The position numbers and the translations under genes are program-made. A stretch of 37,232 bases of DNA from a virus (lineage: Duplodnaviria; Heunggongvirae; Uroviricota; Caudoviricetes), in the IMG/VR virus record IMGVR_UViG_2531839665_000022; one strand, 5' to 3'. Positions 26,280-36,133 of the stretch are shown in pieces. The notes under the pieces were generated by a model. It did no database searches. It was not told where the DNA came from and saw only the letters and a list, made by a program, of their open reading frames with translations. Within the stretch, counting starts at the first letter, position 1. Every line of letters begins with the position of its first letter.

Positions 26280-28745
26280 GTGGCCAGTGAATTTTCAGTC
26301 GGCGTCATTATTGGCGGCATTGTCGGGAGCAGCTTCCGCTCAGCCGTCAGTGGCACCCGACGCGCCCTTGATTCCCTTGGTGATACCTCCCGCCGTCTGC
26401 AGGAACGCCAGAATGCCTTAACCCGGGCAACAGAACGTTATGGTCAACTGGGTTCTTCCCGGATGCAGCATCTCAACAGCGAGTTGCTGCGGGTAAGCCG
26501 CACCATGGAGCAAATTGAACGTCAGCAGCGCCGTCTGTCAGCAGTATCAGCCACCGGTGATGCGTTGAAGGCTAACCGCCTGGCGCTCTATGGTCAGGGT
26601 GCAGAAACCTATGCTATTGGCAGAACGCTGGGCGCACCGGTCATGGCCTCGGTTAAACAATATGCCTCGTTTGAATCACAGTTGCGGGATATCAGTGTCA
26701 CAGGAGACCTGGATGCAAAACAGGAACGTGCAATTGGCCAGGCTATCAGACAGGCCTCGCTGAAGGTTAACCAACTGCAGGAGTCTCTGTTAGGGGGAGT
26801 CGGACAATTAGTTGCTGATGGTATGGCCCCCGAACGGGCAGCAACGTTTGCAGAGATGCTTGGAAAGACCGCTACAGCAACCAAAGCCGATATGACCGAC
26901 CTTGCCAAAATGACTTATGCCTTCAGCGATGCACTCAGAATCACTGATGCGAAAGAACTTGAACAGGCGTTTGGTATTGCGGCAACAGGAGCCAAACTTG
27001 GGTCATTTGAGCTGAAGGATATGGCAAAAGCATTACCCGGTATGGCTAAAGCCTTCGCTGCTCGTGGTATTTATGGAAAAGATGCGATTACCCAGATTGT
27101 TGCCAGTCTGGAGGTCGGTAAAGGTAGTGGCTCTGCAGAGGAAGCGGTCACCAATATGTCCAACTGGCTGGCAGCAATGGGCCGCGGAGATACCATCCAG
27201 AAATATGCTAAAGCCGGGGTGGATTACCAGGGGTCAATGCAGAATTACGTCGCTCAGGGTTTTTCGCAGTACGAAGCTTCACTGATGATTGCCAACCGTT
27301 TTATCGACAGTAAAGGCAAAGCGTTCTTGCAGCAATGGAAAGCTGCAGGAGCAAGAGGCGATCAGGAAGGTCAGCAGAAACTCATGGAGTCATTTGGTCT
27401 GGCTGAGGTCTTTACCGATATTCAGACTGTCAACCATTTACTGTCAATGCGACAGGGCTGGGATAAATACCTTTCCAGTAAGCAGGAAATGAATACTCCG
27501 GCTGCAATGTCTACCCTGGATAAGGATGCTGCAAAGCAGAATGATACGCTTGAAGGTCGCTGGCGCAGAATGCAGATCGGCTTTAATGATTCTGCTATCA
27601 GCATCGGGCAATCCTTGCGTCCGGCTTTGCTCCAGTTGGGTGAAACATTTATTCCTTTAATGGACAGTGTTGGCAAATGGATAGCGGCAAATCCGCAGCT
27701 CGTCAGCAGCACCATAAAGGTTGTGGGCGCATTACTCGCTTTCAGGATGGCCACTATCGGTCTCAAGCTTGGGCTGAATCTCCTTCTTTCCCCCTTTGTA
27801 AGCGTCTGGAAAAATGCTGTTTTACTTCGGGCCAACTGGCTTCGTCTGACGCTCGCACTGGGGGAAGGCGGTAAACTCCGCTGGCTGGTGACAGGCTTTG
27901 GTGCTGTCGCCAGAGGAGCCAGAACACTGGGTGGTGTGCTCTCAGGGGGGCTGGTTCGCGGAATTATGAGCGCCGGGCGTGCCGTTCTCTGGATTGGCCG
28001 GGCGCTGCTGATGAATCCCATCGGTCTCGTTATCACCGCCGTCGCGGCAGCAGCTTACCTTATCTACCGCAACTGGGGCGCAGTCAGTAGCTGGTTTAAA
28101 CAGCGCTGGGCTGACATTCAGGAAGCCTTTAACGGCGGCATCGTGGGAATTGGTAAACTGCTGGTTAACTGGTCTCCGGCTGGTCTGCTTTATAAAGCCT
28201 TTGCGGCTGCGCTGAAATATCTCGGCGTTGATCTGCCGGCGAAATTCACCGACTTCGGTGGTCATCTTATTGACGGGTTGATAAATGGCATCAGAAACAA
28301 ATGGGCGTCACTCAAAACCAGCGTAACCGGAATGGGTGACAGCATCAGTGACTGGTTCAGCGAAAAGCTGGGCATCCATTCACCGAGTCGCGTGTTTATG
28401 GGCTTTGGTGACAATATCGCGCAGGGTGCCGCCATTGGCCTGCAACGGACCACTCCGCTTGCTGCACTGGCCGGGCAGCGCCTGGCCGCTGAAATGACAC
28501 CGGATGTTCCCCGTATCCCGTCGCCGGAAATCATGGCTGCCGGATATTCAGGCCGTGGCGCAACTGCAACCGGCGGTGGAGCGTCTGGCGGTATCCAGGT
28601 CAGCTTTAATCCTCAGTTTTTCCTCAATGGTAAGGAAACCGCAGCGCCTGCCGGGCTGGCTGGTGCCCTGAATATGAGCCTGCATGAGCTGGAAAAAATG
28701 CTGGAGCGTCTGCTGGCTCAGAAACAACGTAAGGAGTACAGCTGA
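26280..28745 (+). CDS. tail tape measure protein
   Basis: 821 aa, largest late gene, coiled-coil-rich N-terminal half and hydrophobic central segments. Confidence 0.8.
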   Translation: MASEFSVGVIIGGIVGSSFRSAVSGTRRALDSLGDTSRRLQERQNALTRATERYGQLGSSRMQHLNSELLRVSRTMEQIERQQRRLSAVSATGDALKANRLALYGQGAETYAIGRTLGAPVMASVKQYASFESQLRDISVTGDLDAKQERAIGQAIRQASLKVNQLQESLLGGVGQLVADGMAPERAATFAEMLGKTATATKADMTDLAKMTYAFSDALRITDAKELEQAFGIAATGAKLGSFELKDMAKALPGMAKAFAARGIYGKDAITQIVASLEVGKGSGSAEEAVTNMSNWLAAMGRGDTIQKYAKAGVDYQGSMQNYVAQGFSQYEASLMIANRFIDSKGKAFLQQWKAAGARGDQEGQQKLMESFGLAEVFTDIQTVNHLLSMRQGWDKYLSSKQEMNTPAAMSTLDKDAAKQNDTLEGRWRRMQIGFNDSAISIGQSLRPALLQLGETFIPLMDSVGKWIAANPQLVSSTIKVVGALLAFRMATIGLKLGLNLLLSPFVSVWKNAVLLRANWLRLTLALGEGGKLRWLVTGFGAVARGARTLGGVLSGGLVRGIMSAGRAVLWIGRALLMNPIGLVITAVAAAAYLIYRNWGAVSSWFKQRWADIQEAFNGGIVGIGKLLVNWSPAGLLYKAFAAALKYLGVDLPAKFTDFGGHLIDGLINGIRNKWASLKTSVTGMGDSISDWFSEKLGIHSPSRVFMGFGDNIAQGAAIGLQRTTPLAALAGQRLAAEMTPDVPRIPSPEIMAAGYSGRGATATGGGASGGIQVSFNPQFFLNGKETAAPAGLAGALNMSLHELEKMLERLLAQKQRKEYS

Positions 28746-29629
28746 TGTTTGCCGTACTGGGTGATATTGAGTTTGAACTGATTACCTACTGGGACGGCTT
28801 CGAGGCCACGTTTGGCGTCGATTATGCGGAGCATGCCCGCATCGAGGGTAAACCCGGCCTGCAGTTTGTCGGCGACAGGCTGGACGAAATCCAGATAAGC
28901 CTGGTCTTCCATCAGCATTATTGTGTGCCCGACGTGGAGCTGGCGAGAGTGCGAACAGCCATGAAGGCCCATCAGGCACTGGCGCTGGTCTTCGGCAACG
29001 GTGACTATCGCGGCTGGTTCGTGATTACCGATGTGACCGCAACCAGCGAGCAGACAGACAGCACCGGTAACGTGCTGGCTGTCAGTGCCACCGTGTCTCT
29101 CCGGGAATACACCGGTGACCCGAAAAATCCTCTGCAACCGCCGGCAATACGCAGGCAGGTTCCCGGTGCCGGAGCTGTATCGGGTGCTGTTCCATCGCCT
29201 TCCGGGGTGGCGCAGTTCGTCCGTAACGGCGTCAACTATGCGAAACAGGCGCAGTCTGTACTCCAGACCACTATCAGTGCCGTTCGGGTGGCGCAGAAAA
29301 TGAAGGGTAACCCCGTTGTCGCGCTGACCCGTGTGCCTGGACTGATGAGCGGACTGGGTAATATATCCGGAGCTCTGGGGAAAAGTGTTCCGGCGTTTAA
29401 TGCACTCTCTGAATCCATGCCCGATGCCATCAGTCTGGCCAGAACAGCCAGTGAGGCAGCCACGTATGTACAGCAGGCGCAGTCGGCGCTGAGTGGTGTG
29501 GACAAAAGAAATATTGCAGGTGCTCTGGATACCGTTTCCGGGCAGCTTAACGCCGCCGGCACAGCATTCAACCGCATGTCTCCGGGATTAAGTGCAATGG
29601 CCGCCAGAATACTGACGAGGAGTGTGTGA
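28745..29629 (+). CDS. tail protein (P2 gpU-like / Mu N-like)
   Basis: 294 aa directly after the tape measure; N-terminal region resembles the gpU tail protein family, with a C-terminal extension. Confidence 0.5.
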   Translation: MFAVLGDIEFELITYWDGFEATFGVDYAEHARIEGKPGLQFVGDRLDEIQISLVFHQHYCVPDVELARVRTAMKAHQALALVFGNGDYRGWFVITDVTATSEQTDSTGNVLAVSATVSLREYTGDPKNPLQPPAIRRQVPGAGAVSGAVPSPSGVAQFVRNGVNYAKQAQSVLQTTISAVRVAQKMKGNPVVALTRVPGLMSGLGNISGALGKSVPAFNALSESMPDAISLARTASEAATYVQQAQSALSGVDKRNIAGALDTVSGQLNAAGTAFNRMSPGLSAMAARILTRSV

Positions 29630-29841
29630 TGTTTCTTGAACATATTACCCGTGACGGAGAGCGCTGGGATTCGCTGGCATGGCAGTACTACGGTGACCCG
29701 CTGGGCTATCCCCGGATTATTGCAGCCAATCCGCACGTGGCCATTACGCCGGTGCTGCCCTCCGGGGTGTTGTTACTGATCCCGGTTATTGAGGCTGAAG
29801 ATGCCCGCACAGAAGAGGATGTTGCTCCATGGCTGAGATAA
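29626..29841 (+). CDS. tail protein X-like
   Basis: 71 aa, size and position of P2 gpX-like proteins; 4-bp overlap with the upstream gene. Confidence 0.55.
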   Translation: MMFLEHITRDGERWDSLAWQYYGDPLGYPRIIAANPHVAITPVLPSGVLLLIPVIEAEDARTEEDVAPWLR

Positions 29842-30983
29842 ACAGTACTGCGCAAGACGTATCAGCGTTAACCGGCGTCAGCGATGTGCTGACGCCGGTG
29901 TTCACTCTGTGGTATCTGCAGAAAAATATCACCTCTGATATCGCGCCTTATGTCACCCGTGTGACCTGGAGCGATAACATCAAAAATGAGTCCGATACCA
30001 TTGAGGTGGAGCTGGATGACACCGATGGTCGCTGGCTGGATAAGTGGTATCCGGGCAAGGGTGACACGCTGACGCTGAAAATGGGTTATCAGGGCGAGAA
30101 ACTGCTGTCCTGCGGTACATTCTCAATAGACGAGATCGAAGTGAGTTCGCCCGCGTCCGTTGTCGCTATCCGTGGGGTGGCCACCTCGGTTAACAGTGCT
30201 CTGCGGACTAAATCCAGCCGTGGTTTTGAGAACACCACGCTGGCAGCTGTTGCGGGGCGGATTGCCAGAAAGCACCGACTGAAACTGGTGGGCAGCATTG
30301 AGTCCATCAAAATCGACCGGGTGACCCAGTATGCTGAAACCGACGTGGGTTTTCTGCGCCGGCTGGCCAGCGAGTATGGTTATGCAGTGAAAGTGGTCAG
30401 TGACCAGTTGATTTTTTCTCATCTGGCCACACTGCGCAGTCAGGAGCCGGTCAGGCAGTTAAAACCGCAGGATGTGGCCTGCTTTTCCCTGCGTGACACC
30501 ATCAACCGGGTCTATAAATCTGCAAAGGTAAAACACCAGAAAAGCAGCAGTAAAAAACTGATCGTCTACGAAGCTGATGGTGGTACCCGTGAAAGCGACA
30601 AAAAGCTCAAAGGCGGTAAGGTTACCAGCGCTGACTCACTTAAAGTTAACAGCCGCGTCAGCGACCCGGACAGTGCCCGGATTAAAGCGGATTCAGCACT
30701 GGCCAGACATAACGAATACCAGCAGAACGGCTCCCTGACGCTGACGGGAACGCCTCAACTGACAGCAGGCAACAAAATTGAACTGGTGGGCTTTGGACAG
30801 TTATCCGGTCCATGGCTGATAATCACTGCCCGCCATGCGTTTGAGCGTAACAGCGGCTACACCACAGAGCTGGAAGTGGCACGGGGGCCAGTCACAAGAG
30901 GGAAAAAACAAAAAACTCAGAAACTCACGGTTTATCACCCGGATGGCAGTACATCGACGGTGATTAAGGAGAAGAAAAAATGA
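29829..30983 (+). CDS. tail/baseplate hub protein (P2 gpD-like / Mu P-like)
   Basis: 384 aa, size, position and general sequence character of the late control D / Mu P family. Confidence 0.7.
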   Translation: MAEINSTAQDVSALTGVSDVLTPVFTLWYLQKNITSDIAPYVTRVTWSDNIKNESDTIEVELDDTDGRWLDKWYPGKGDTLTLKMGYQGEKLLSCGTFSIDEIEVSSPASVVAIRGVATSVNSALRTKSSRGFENTTLAAVAGRIARKHRLKLVGSIESIKIDRVTQYAETDVGFLRRLASEYGYAVKVVSDQLIFSHLATLRSQEPVRQLKPQDVACFSLRDTINRVYKSAKVKHQKSSSKKLIVYEADGGTRESDKKLKGGKVTSADSLKVNSRVSDPDSARIKADSALARHNEYQQNGSLTLTGTPQLTAGNKIELVGFGQLSGPWLIITARHAFERNSGYTTELEVARGPVTRGKKQKTQKLTVYHPDGSTSTVIKEKKK

Positions 30984-31507
30984 CTGGTGTCACCCGTCAG
31001 ATCGGTACGGTCAGTGCCGTTGATGCCGACAGGGTTCAGGCCCGCGTTCGTCTGCCTGAATGCGATAATCTGCGCACAAACTGGCTTAACGTGCTACAGC
31101 GCAATACCCAGGATAACAAGGATTACTGGCTCCCTGACGTGGGGGAGCAGGTTGAGGTGCTGCTCGATGCCAACGGCGAGGATGGTGTTATTCTGGGCGC
31201 GGTGTACTCAGACGTCGATAAACCGCCGTTCAGTGATAAAAACGTCCGGGGTACGAAATACGCTGATGGCGCGGAGTTCAGTTATAACCGCGCGACCCAT
31301 ACGCTGACGGTCAGAGGAGGTATTGAGCGTATCGTGGTGGAGGTTGCCGCTGATATCTCTCTCAAAGGGAAAAACCTCGACCTCACGGGAGTTACCACGA
31401 TCAACGGCCCCGCGACACTCAATGGTGATCTGGAAATCAACGGAAGCGCCCATGCAACGGGTAACATATTTGCTGATGGTCAGAACTCTAATCACCATTC
31501 CCATTGA
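30980..31507 (+). CDS. baseplate spike protein (gpV-like)
   Basis: 175 aa; N-terminal OB-fold-like region and C-terminal repetitive region (LDLTGVTTINGPATLNGDLEINGSAHATGNI); His-rich C-terminal tail. Confidence 0.7.
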   Translation: MTGVTRQIGTVSAVDADRVQARVRLPECDNLRTNWLNVLQRNTQDNKDYWLPDVGEQVEVLLDANGEDGVILGAVYSDVDKPPFSDKNVRGTKYADGAEFSYNRATHTLTVRGGIERIVVEVAADISLKGKNLDLTGVTTINGPATLNGDLEINGSAHATGNIFADGQNSNHHSH

Positions 31508-31563
31508 ACCTTCTTAAACGCCTTTAATATCGGCGCTTACTTCCCGGGGGCAATACTGCCTCC

Positions 31564-31911
31564 ATGAAAACGACCTCAGTATTCTGGCAACCAGCTCTGC
31601 AGGCTCCCGGCGAAATCGTCCGGGGGCTGGATGATATCCGGCAGTCCATCCAGATCATCCTGCGGACTCCCCGCGGCAGCGACCCGCATCGCCCGGAGTT
31701 CGGCAGCAATCTGCACCTTTATATCGACTGGCCTGTCGGCCGGGCCATTCCGCATGTGGTTCGCGAATCCGTCGATGCCATCAGGCGCTGGGAACCCCGC
31801 TGCCAGCTTATGTCGGTTAAACCCGCCGTCGACGGCGAACATCTTACGCTCCGGGTGAGCTGGAAAGGCTCAGACGGACAACCCCGTACTCAGGAACTGC
31901 TATGGCGCTGA
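31564..31911 (+). CDS. baseplate wedge protein (GPW/gp25 family)
   Basis: 115 aa with the family signature RTPRGSDPHRPEFGSNL. Confidence 0.75.
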   Translation: MKTTSVFWQPALQAPGEIVRGLDDIRQSIQIILRTPRGSDPHRPEFGSNLHLYIDWPVGRAIPHVVRESVDAIRRWEPRCQLMSVKPAVDGEHLTLRVSWKGSDGQPRTQELLWR

Positions 31912-33005
31912 CAGAACCCGATTTTATTGAACGCGATGCCGATAAAATCACGGCAGAAATGATTGCGAAGTATGAAGCGGATACCGGAAAAACGCTGTAC
32001 CCGGCACAGGCTGAACGTCTGCTGATTGACCTGTGGGCCTATCGCGAAATGCTGGTCAGGGTGGCAGTACAGGAGGCGGCGAAGCAGAATCTGGTCGCTT
32101 TTTCCCGTGAGCCGATGATTGATTACCTCGGTGAACTGGTCGGTGTATACCGCCTTGCCGCGCAGCCTGCCACCACCACACTTCAGTTCTCTGTGGATGA
32201 GGCACTGGCCATTGATGTGCTGATCCCGGCAGGCACCCGCGTCAGCGCTTCCGACAGTATTATTTTTGCCACCGATACAGACGTGGTGCTGAAGGCCGGA
32301 TTGCTGCTGGTCAATGTCACGGCCACCTGTACCGAGCCGGGTACCGCTGGCAACGGCTGGCAACCGGCGCAGGTCAGTCAGTTACTCGATGAGATTGATA
32401 ACATTGACCTGCTGGTGACCAATCTGACGGCCAGCTCTGGCGGTTCAGAGCAGGAAGACGATGACCGGCTCCGGGAGCGTATCAGGCTGGCCCCGGAGTC
32501 ATTCACCAATGCCGGAAGCCGTGGTGCATACCGTTTTCATGCTATGGGGGCGCATCCCGGCATTGTCGACGTTGCTGTTCTTTCTCCCGCTCCCGGCACT
32601 GTCGAGCTGTATCCGCTGCTCAGCACTGGTCTGCCGGACAGCAGTATCCTCACTCTGGTAGAGAGTTTCTGTTCTGACGAAAAAGTCAGACCACTCACTG
32701 ATACCGTGCGGGCTAAAACACCTGTTCAGGTGGATTACACCATTGAAGCCAGGATTACGATCTATCGTGATCAGGATGCAAGGTTGGTAAAGGACAACGC
32801 TAACAGCGCCATACAGAACTGGGTGGCATCCCGTACCGCCACGCTGGGGCGCGATATTGTTCCCAGCCAGATTATCAGCGTGTTGTCCGTTTCCGGGGTG
32901 TACCAGGTCGAACTGGTGACACCGGCACTGAGGGTGGTGGCAGAAAACGAATGGGCAAACTGTACGGCGATCACTCTTAACATGACCGGGGTGTCCGATG
33001 GCTGA
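31902..33005 (+). CDS. baseplate J-like protein
   Basis: 367 aa, follows the gp25-like gene; size and order as in P2 J / Mu gp47. Confidence 0.75.
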   Translation: MALTEPDFIERDADKITAEMIAKYEADTGKTLYPAQAERLLIDLWAYREMLVRVAVQEAAKQNLVAFSREPMIDYLGELVGVYRLAAQPATTTLQFSVDEALAIDVLIPAGTRVSASDSIIFATDTDVVLKAGLLLVNVTATCTEPGTAGNGWQPAQVSQLLDEIDNIDLLVTNLTASSGGSEQEDDDRLRERIRLAPESFTNAGSRGAYRFHAMGAHPGIVDVAVLSPAPGTVELYPLLSTGLPDSSILTLVESFCSDEKVRPLTDTVRAKTPVQVDYTIEARITIYRDQDARLVKDNANSAIQNWVASRTATLGRDIVPSQIISVLSVSGVYQVELVTPALRVVAENEWANCTAITLNMTGVSDG

Positions 33006-33576
33006 GGTGCTACAACTCCCGCCACCGCTTGAGGGTGATATCAGTCTCAGAACGCTGGGAAGACTGGCCGGACGGCTGGATAACATCGACCTGAGCGTAC
33101 TGATGGTCGGTCTCGTCGATATTGTCGACAGTTCCGCGCTGCCATGGCTTGGCGAGCAGTTCTCGCTGTTCGGCGATGGCTGGGAACTGGCGGAATCGGA
33201 CGATGTACGCCGCATGCTTATCAAATCCGCTATCGAGCTACACCGCTATAAAGGAACACCGTGGTCAATCCGGGAAATTATCCGCCGTTTTGGCTTCGGC
33301 GAAGTGGATCTGATTGAAGGTACGGGGCAGATTGGCTATGACGGCAGACACACGTACAACGGGCTTTTCGTCCATGGTGATGCACAAGCCTGGGCAGTCT
33401 ATCGCGTCATCTTTCAACAACCCATCACTAACGATCAGGCGGCGCTGTTACGTCAGACGCTTGCTGCCTTTGCTCCGGCTCGCTGTCATCTGGCAAGTCT
33501 GGAATATCAGTCTGTCGCCATTCGATACAACAGTACTACCTGTTATGACGGTAGTTACAACCACGGGAGCAGTTAA
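32998..33576 (+). CDS. baseplate/tail protein (P2 gpI-like)
   Basis: 192 aa directly upstream of the tail fibre gene, overlapping the J-like gene by 8 bp. Confidence 0.65.
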   Translation: MAEVLQLPPPLEGDISLRTLGRLAGRLDNIDLSVLMVGLVDIVDSSALPWLGEQFSLFGDGWELAESDDVRRMLIKSAIELHRYKGTPWSIREIIRRFGFGEVDLIEGTGQIGYDGRHTYNGLFVHGDAQAWAVYRVIFQQPITNDQAALLRQTLAAFAPARCHLASLEYQSVAIRYNSTTCYDGSYNHGSS

Positions 33577-33578
33577 TT

Positions 33579-34502
33579 ATGGCAAATCTACCCGAAACCC
33601 CGCAGTGGGAAAGCGGCATCTACCAGATTGAGGTCTCTGACCCCGTTCTGGGCGGACCTGACGGAATTTCTAACCGCCAGGCTAAACAACTGGCCAGCCG
33701 AACGTCATACCTCAAACAGAAGGTCGAAAAAAGCGGAACAGACCTGGCTGCACATATCGCGGCAGTTGACCCGCATACCCAGTACGCGACGAAAGCCAGT
33801 CCGACATTCACCGGCACACCAACAGCACCTACACCTGCAAATGGTGATAACAGCAAAAAGCTGGCGACGACGGAGTTTGTGGCCAAAGCACTTGCGGCAC
33901 TTGCAGGCAGCGCCCCTGAGACACTGGATACGCTTAAAGAGCTGGCTGACGCTCTCGGTAATGATCCAAACTTTGCGACTACGGTACTGAACAAGCTGGC
34001 GGAAAAGCTGGCTAAAGACCAGAACGGCGCAGATATTCCTGAGCCTGCGCTGTTTGTCAAAAACCTTGGTTTGGGGGAAGGCTCAGCGCTGCCCGTTGGT
34101 GTGCCCGTTCCGTGGCCCTCAGCCACACCGCCAGCAGGGTGGCTGAAATGTAACGGCGCAGCATTTTCTTCTGAAATGTACCCCAATCTGGCAAAGGCTT
34201 ATCCTACAAATAAATTACCGGATTTACGGGGTGAGTTTATTCGCGGCTGGGATGACGGGCGGGGAATTGATTCAGGACGTACTCTACTTTCGTTACAGGG
34301 CGATATGTTTAAATCGCACAGTCATTACTTCCGTGAAATATGGGGTGCAAATGGACCAGATGGAACTGGTGGACCGTACATTGTCGGGGCGGATACAAAC
34401 GGTTCGAGAATAAATTTAGGCACTATAGAAACCAGTGCACCTGGTGGTTCAGAAACCCGTCCCCGTAACATTGCATTTAATTACATCGTAAGAGCCGTAT
34501 GA
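33579..34502 (+). CDS. tail fibre protein with exchangeable collar-domain tip (cassette 1 currently fused)
   Basis: 307 aa; N-terminal conserved fibre region; from codon about 165 it enters the repeated segment GEGSALPVGVPVPWPSATPPAGWLKCNGAAFSSEMYP...LPDLRGEFIRGWDDGRGID and ends with RPRNIAFNYIVRA (phage tail collar domain signature). Confidence 0.8.
   Translation: MANLPETPQWESGIYQIEVSDPVLGGPDGISNRQAKQLASRTSYLKQKVEKSGTDLAAHIAAVDPHTQYATKASPTFTGTPTAPTPANGDNSKKLATTEFVAKALAALAGSAPETLDTLKELADALGNDPNFATTVLNKLAEKLAKDQNGADIPEPALFVKNLGLGEGSALPVGVPVPWPSATPPAGWLKCNGAAFSSEMYPNLAKAYPTNKLPDLRGEFIRGWDDGRGIDSGRTLLSLQGDMFKSHSHYFREIWGANGPDGTGGPYIVGADTNGSRINLGTIETSAPGGSETRPRNIAFNYIVRAV
34054..34280 (+). repeat. 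cassette-1 recombination site plus shared 5' homology block
   Basis: 26-bp site TTGTCAAAAACCTTGGTTTGGGGGAA (34054-34079) with the perfect dyad AAACC-TT-GGTTT; left half resembles the hix/gix half-site consensus as I recall it; followed by about 200 bp nearly identical to three other copies. Confidence 0.6.
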
Positions 34503-34722
34503 AAACGTTGGTTTGGGGGAAGGCTCTGCACTGCCCGTTGGTGTGCCCGTTCCGTGGCCCTCAGCCACACCGCCAGCAGGGTGGCTGAAATGTAACGGTG
34601 CAGCATTTTCTTCTGAAATGTACCCCAAACTGGCAAAAGCCTACCCCGCGAATAAATTACCGGATTTACGGGGTGAGTTTATTCGCGGCTGGGATGACGG
34701 GCGGGGAATTGATTCAGGGCGT
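34496..34722 (+). repeat. cassette-2 recombination site plus shared 5' homology block (direct copy)
   Basis: Site CGTATGAAAACGTTGGTTTGGGGGAA (34496-34521), right half identical to site 1; overlaps the stop codon of the fused fibre gene. Confidence 0.55.
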
Positions 34723-35016
34723 TCCTTGCTTAATGCACAATCACATTCGGTTATAGATCATATTCACTATATGGAGTTATGGACTGGTGAAGGGCTTGCC
34801 GCAAATAGCACCCGTGCAGGAACAAACCCTGGTATACTGGCTACATACGGTGATGGCGGGATTGTTAAAACAGATGAGTCAGGTGTAAAAGTTCCATCTT
34901 CACTACGTGCTATTGGCACTCGTGGTGTTTATAGATTAGGTGCCAACGGAGGGAATACAGGAACGGAAAACCGCCCCCGTAATATTGCGTTTAACTATAT
35001 TGTAAGGGCTACTTAA
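34513..35016 (+). CDS. alternative tail-fibre tip cassette 2 (collar domain), not fused in this orientation
   Basis: 167 aa starting with the same about 70-aa segment as the fibre tip and ending RPRNIAFNYIVRAT, with a distinct middle; directly downstream of a hix-like site; no own RBS. Confidence 0.65.
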   Translation: MGEGSALPVGVPVPWPSATPPAGWLKCNGAAFSSEMYPKLAKAYPANKLPDLRGEFIRGWDDGRGIDSGRSLLNAQSHSVIDHIHYMELWTGEGLAANSTRAGTNPGILATYGDGGIVKTDESGVKVPSSLRAIGTRGVYRLGANGGNTGTENRPRNIAFNYIVRAT

Positions 35017-35633
35017 TGAATAATGCTGCTGCAGTACTTGATCAGAATGGTATCGCTATAACTGCAGGCGATATTACCGTTTATAACTACGATGCTGAAA
35101 ACCGTGAATATCTCTCTGCCACTGTTGAGTATCTCGCTTATGGTGTTGGAATTCCGGCTCACTCATGCATTGACGCGCCACCAGAAAAACGCCCCGGCTT
35201 CGCTGTCTGTCGTGATACCGACCAGAACATCTGGAAATATGTTCCAGACCACAGAGGCGAAACGGTTTACAGCACAGAGAATGGTAACGCTGTGCAAATC
35301 ACACAACCGGGAGATTACCCTCCTGATACGACGGTGAAACAGCCAGCTACTATCTATGATGTCTGGGATGGTGAGACCTGGGTGACAGATGCGGGACGAC
35401 AGCACGCAGCAGAACTGGAAGCTGCCGGAGCGCATCGTCAGCAACTTGAGGAACAGGCAATGGCATCTGTTGAGCTTATAAATCTCAAACTACGAGCCGG
35501 ACGCCGATTGACGCCCCAGGAGACGGAAAAACTAAACGCCGTGCTTGATTTCATAGATGTGCTTAATGCGACTGACATCAGCACTGCACCGGATATCAAC
35601 TGGCCGGAAATGCCTCTGGCAGCAGCCAGTTGA
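35016..35633 (+). CDS. tail fibre assembly protein (Mu U / P2 G-like)
   Basis: 205 aa; N-terminus MNNAAAVLDQNGIAITAGDITVYNYDAENREY typical of tail-fibre assembly chaperones. Confidence 0.7.
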   Translation: MNNAAAVLDQNGIAITAGDITVYNYDAENREYLSATVEYLAYGVGIPAHSCIDAPPEKRPGFAVCRDTDQNIWKYVPDHRGETVYSTENGNAVQITQPGDYPPDTTVKQPATIYDVWDGETWVTDAGRQHAAELEAAGAHRQQLEEQAMASVELINLKLRAGRRLTPQETEKLNAVLDFIDVLNATDISTAPDINWPEMPLAAAS

Positions 35634-35639
35634 ATATAA

Positions 35640-36116
35640 CTAAGCCGCCCTCACGATATAGTTAAATGCAATATTGCGGGGGCGGGTTTCACTACCACCT
35701 GTGTTACCAATACTTCCTCGTGAATGAAGCGTTGGTGATGGAGTCAAACTCCCTCCTGTATTTGTGGCATCAAGCCCCCTGCCTTGTGTATATGTTTTTT
35801 TGAAAATCGTAGCCAACTCCCATTCATCTTTTGTGTCATATCCATCGTTAGCTACAACAATATGGCGGTGTTTTTCCAACATCCCGTTTTGAATGCTCAA
35901 TAAAGCGCGTGCCGCATCAATTCCTCGCCCATCATCCCAGCCACGGATAAATTCTCCGCGTAAATCCGGTAATTTATTCGCGGGGTAGGCTTTTGCCAGT
36001 TTGGGGTACATTTCAGAAGAAAATGCTGCACCGTTACATTTCAGCCAGCCCGTTGGTGGTGTTGCTAAGGGCCACGGAACGGGCACACCAACGGGCAGTG
36101 CAGAGCCTTCCCCCAA
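35640..36116 (-). CDS. alternative tail-fibre tip cassette 3 (collar domain), inverted orientation
   Basis: 158 aa on the minus strand with the same shared N-terminal segment and C-terminal RPRNIAFNYIVRAA, distinct middle. Confidence 0.65.
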   Translation of the reverse strand: MGEGSALPVGVPVPWPLATPPTGWLKCNGAAFSSEMYPKLAKAYPANKLPDLRGEFIRGWDDGRGIDAARALLSIQNGMLEKHRHIVVANDGYDTKDEWELATIFKKTYTQGRGLDATNTGGSLTPSPTLHSRGSIGNTGGSETRPRNIAFNYIVRAA

Positions 36117-36133
36117 ACCAACGTTTCTATGCC
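35907..36133 (-). repeat. cassette-3 recombination site plus shared homology block (inverted copy)
   Basis: Reverse complement of 36108-36133 is GGCATAGAAACGTTGGTTTGGGGGAA; inverted relative to sites 1 and 2. Confidence 0.55.

Noticed and set aside
32499-33224. 241-aa minus-strand ORF
   Set aside because: Antisense to the baseplate J-like and gpI-like genes; Ser/Pro-rich low-complexity translation.
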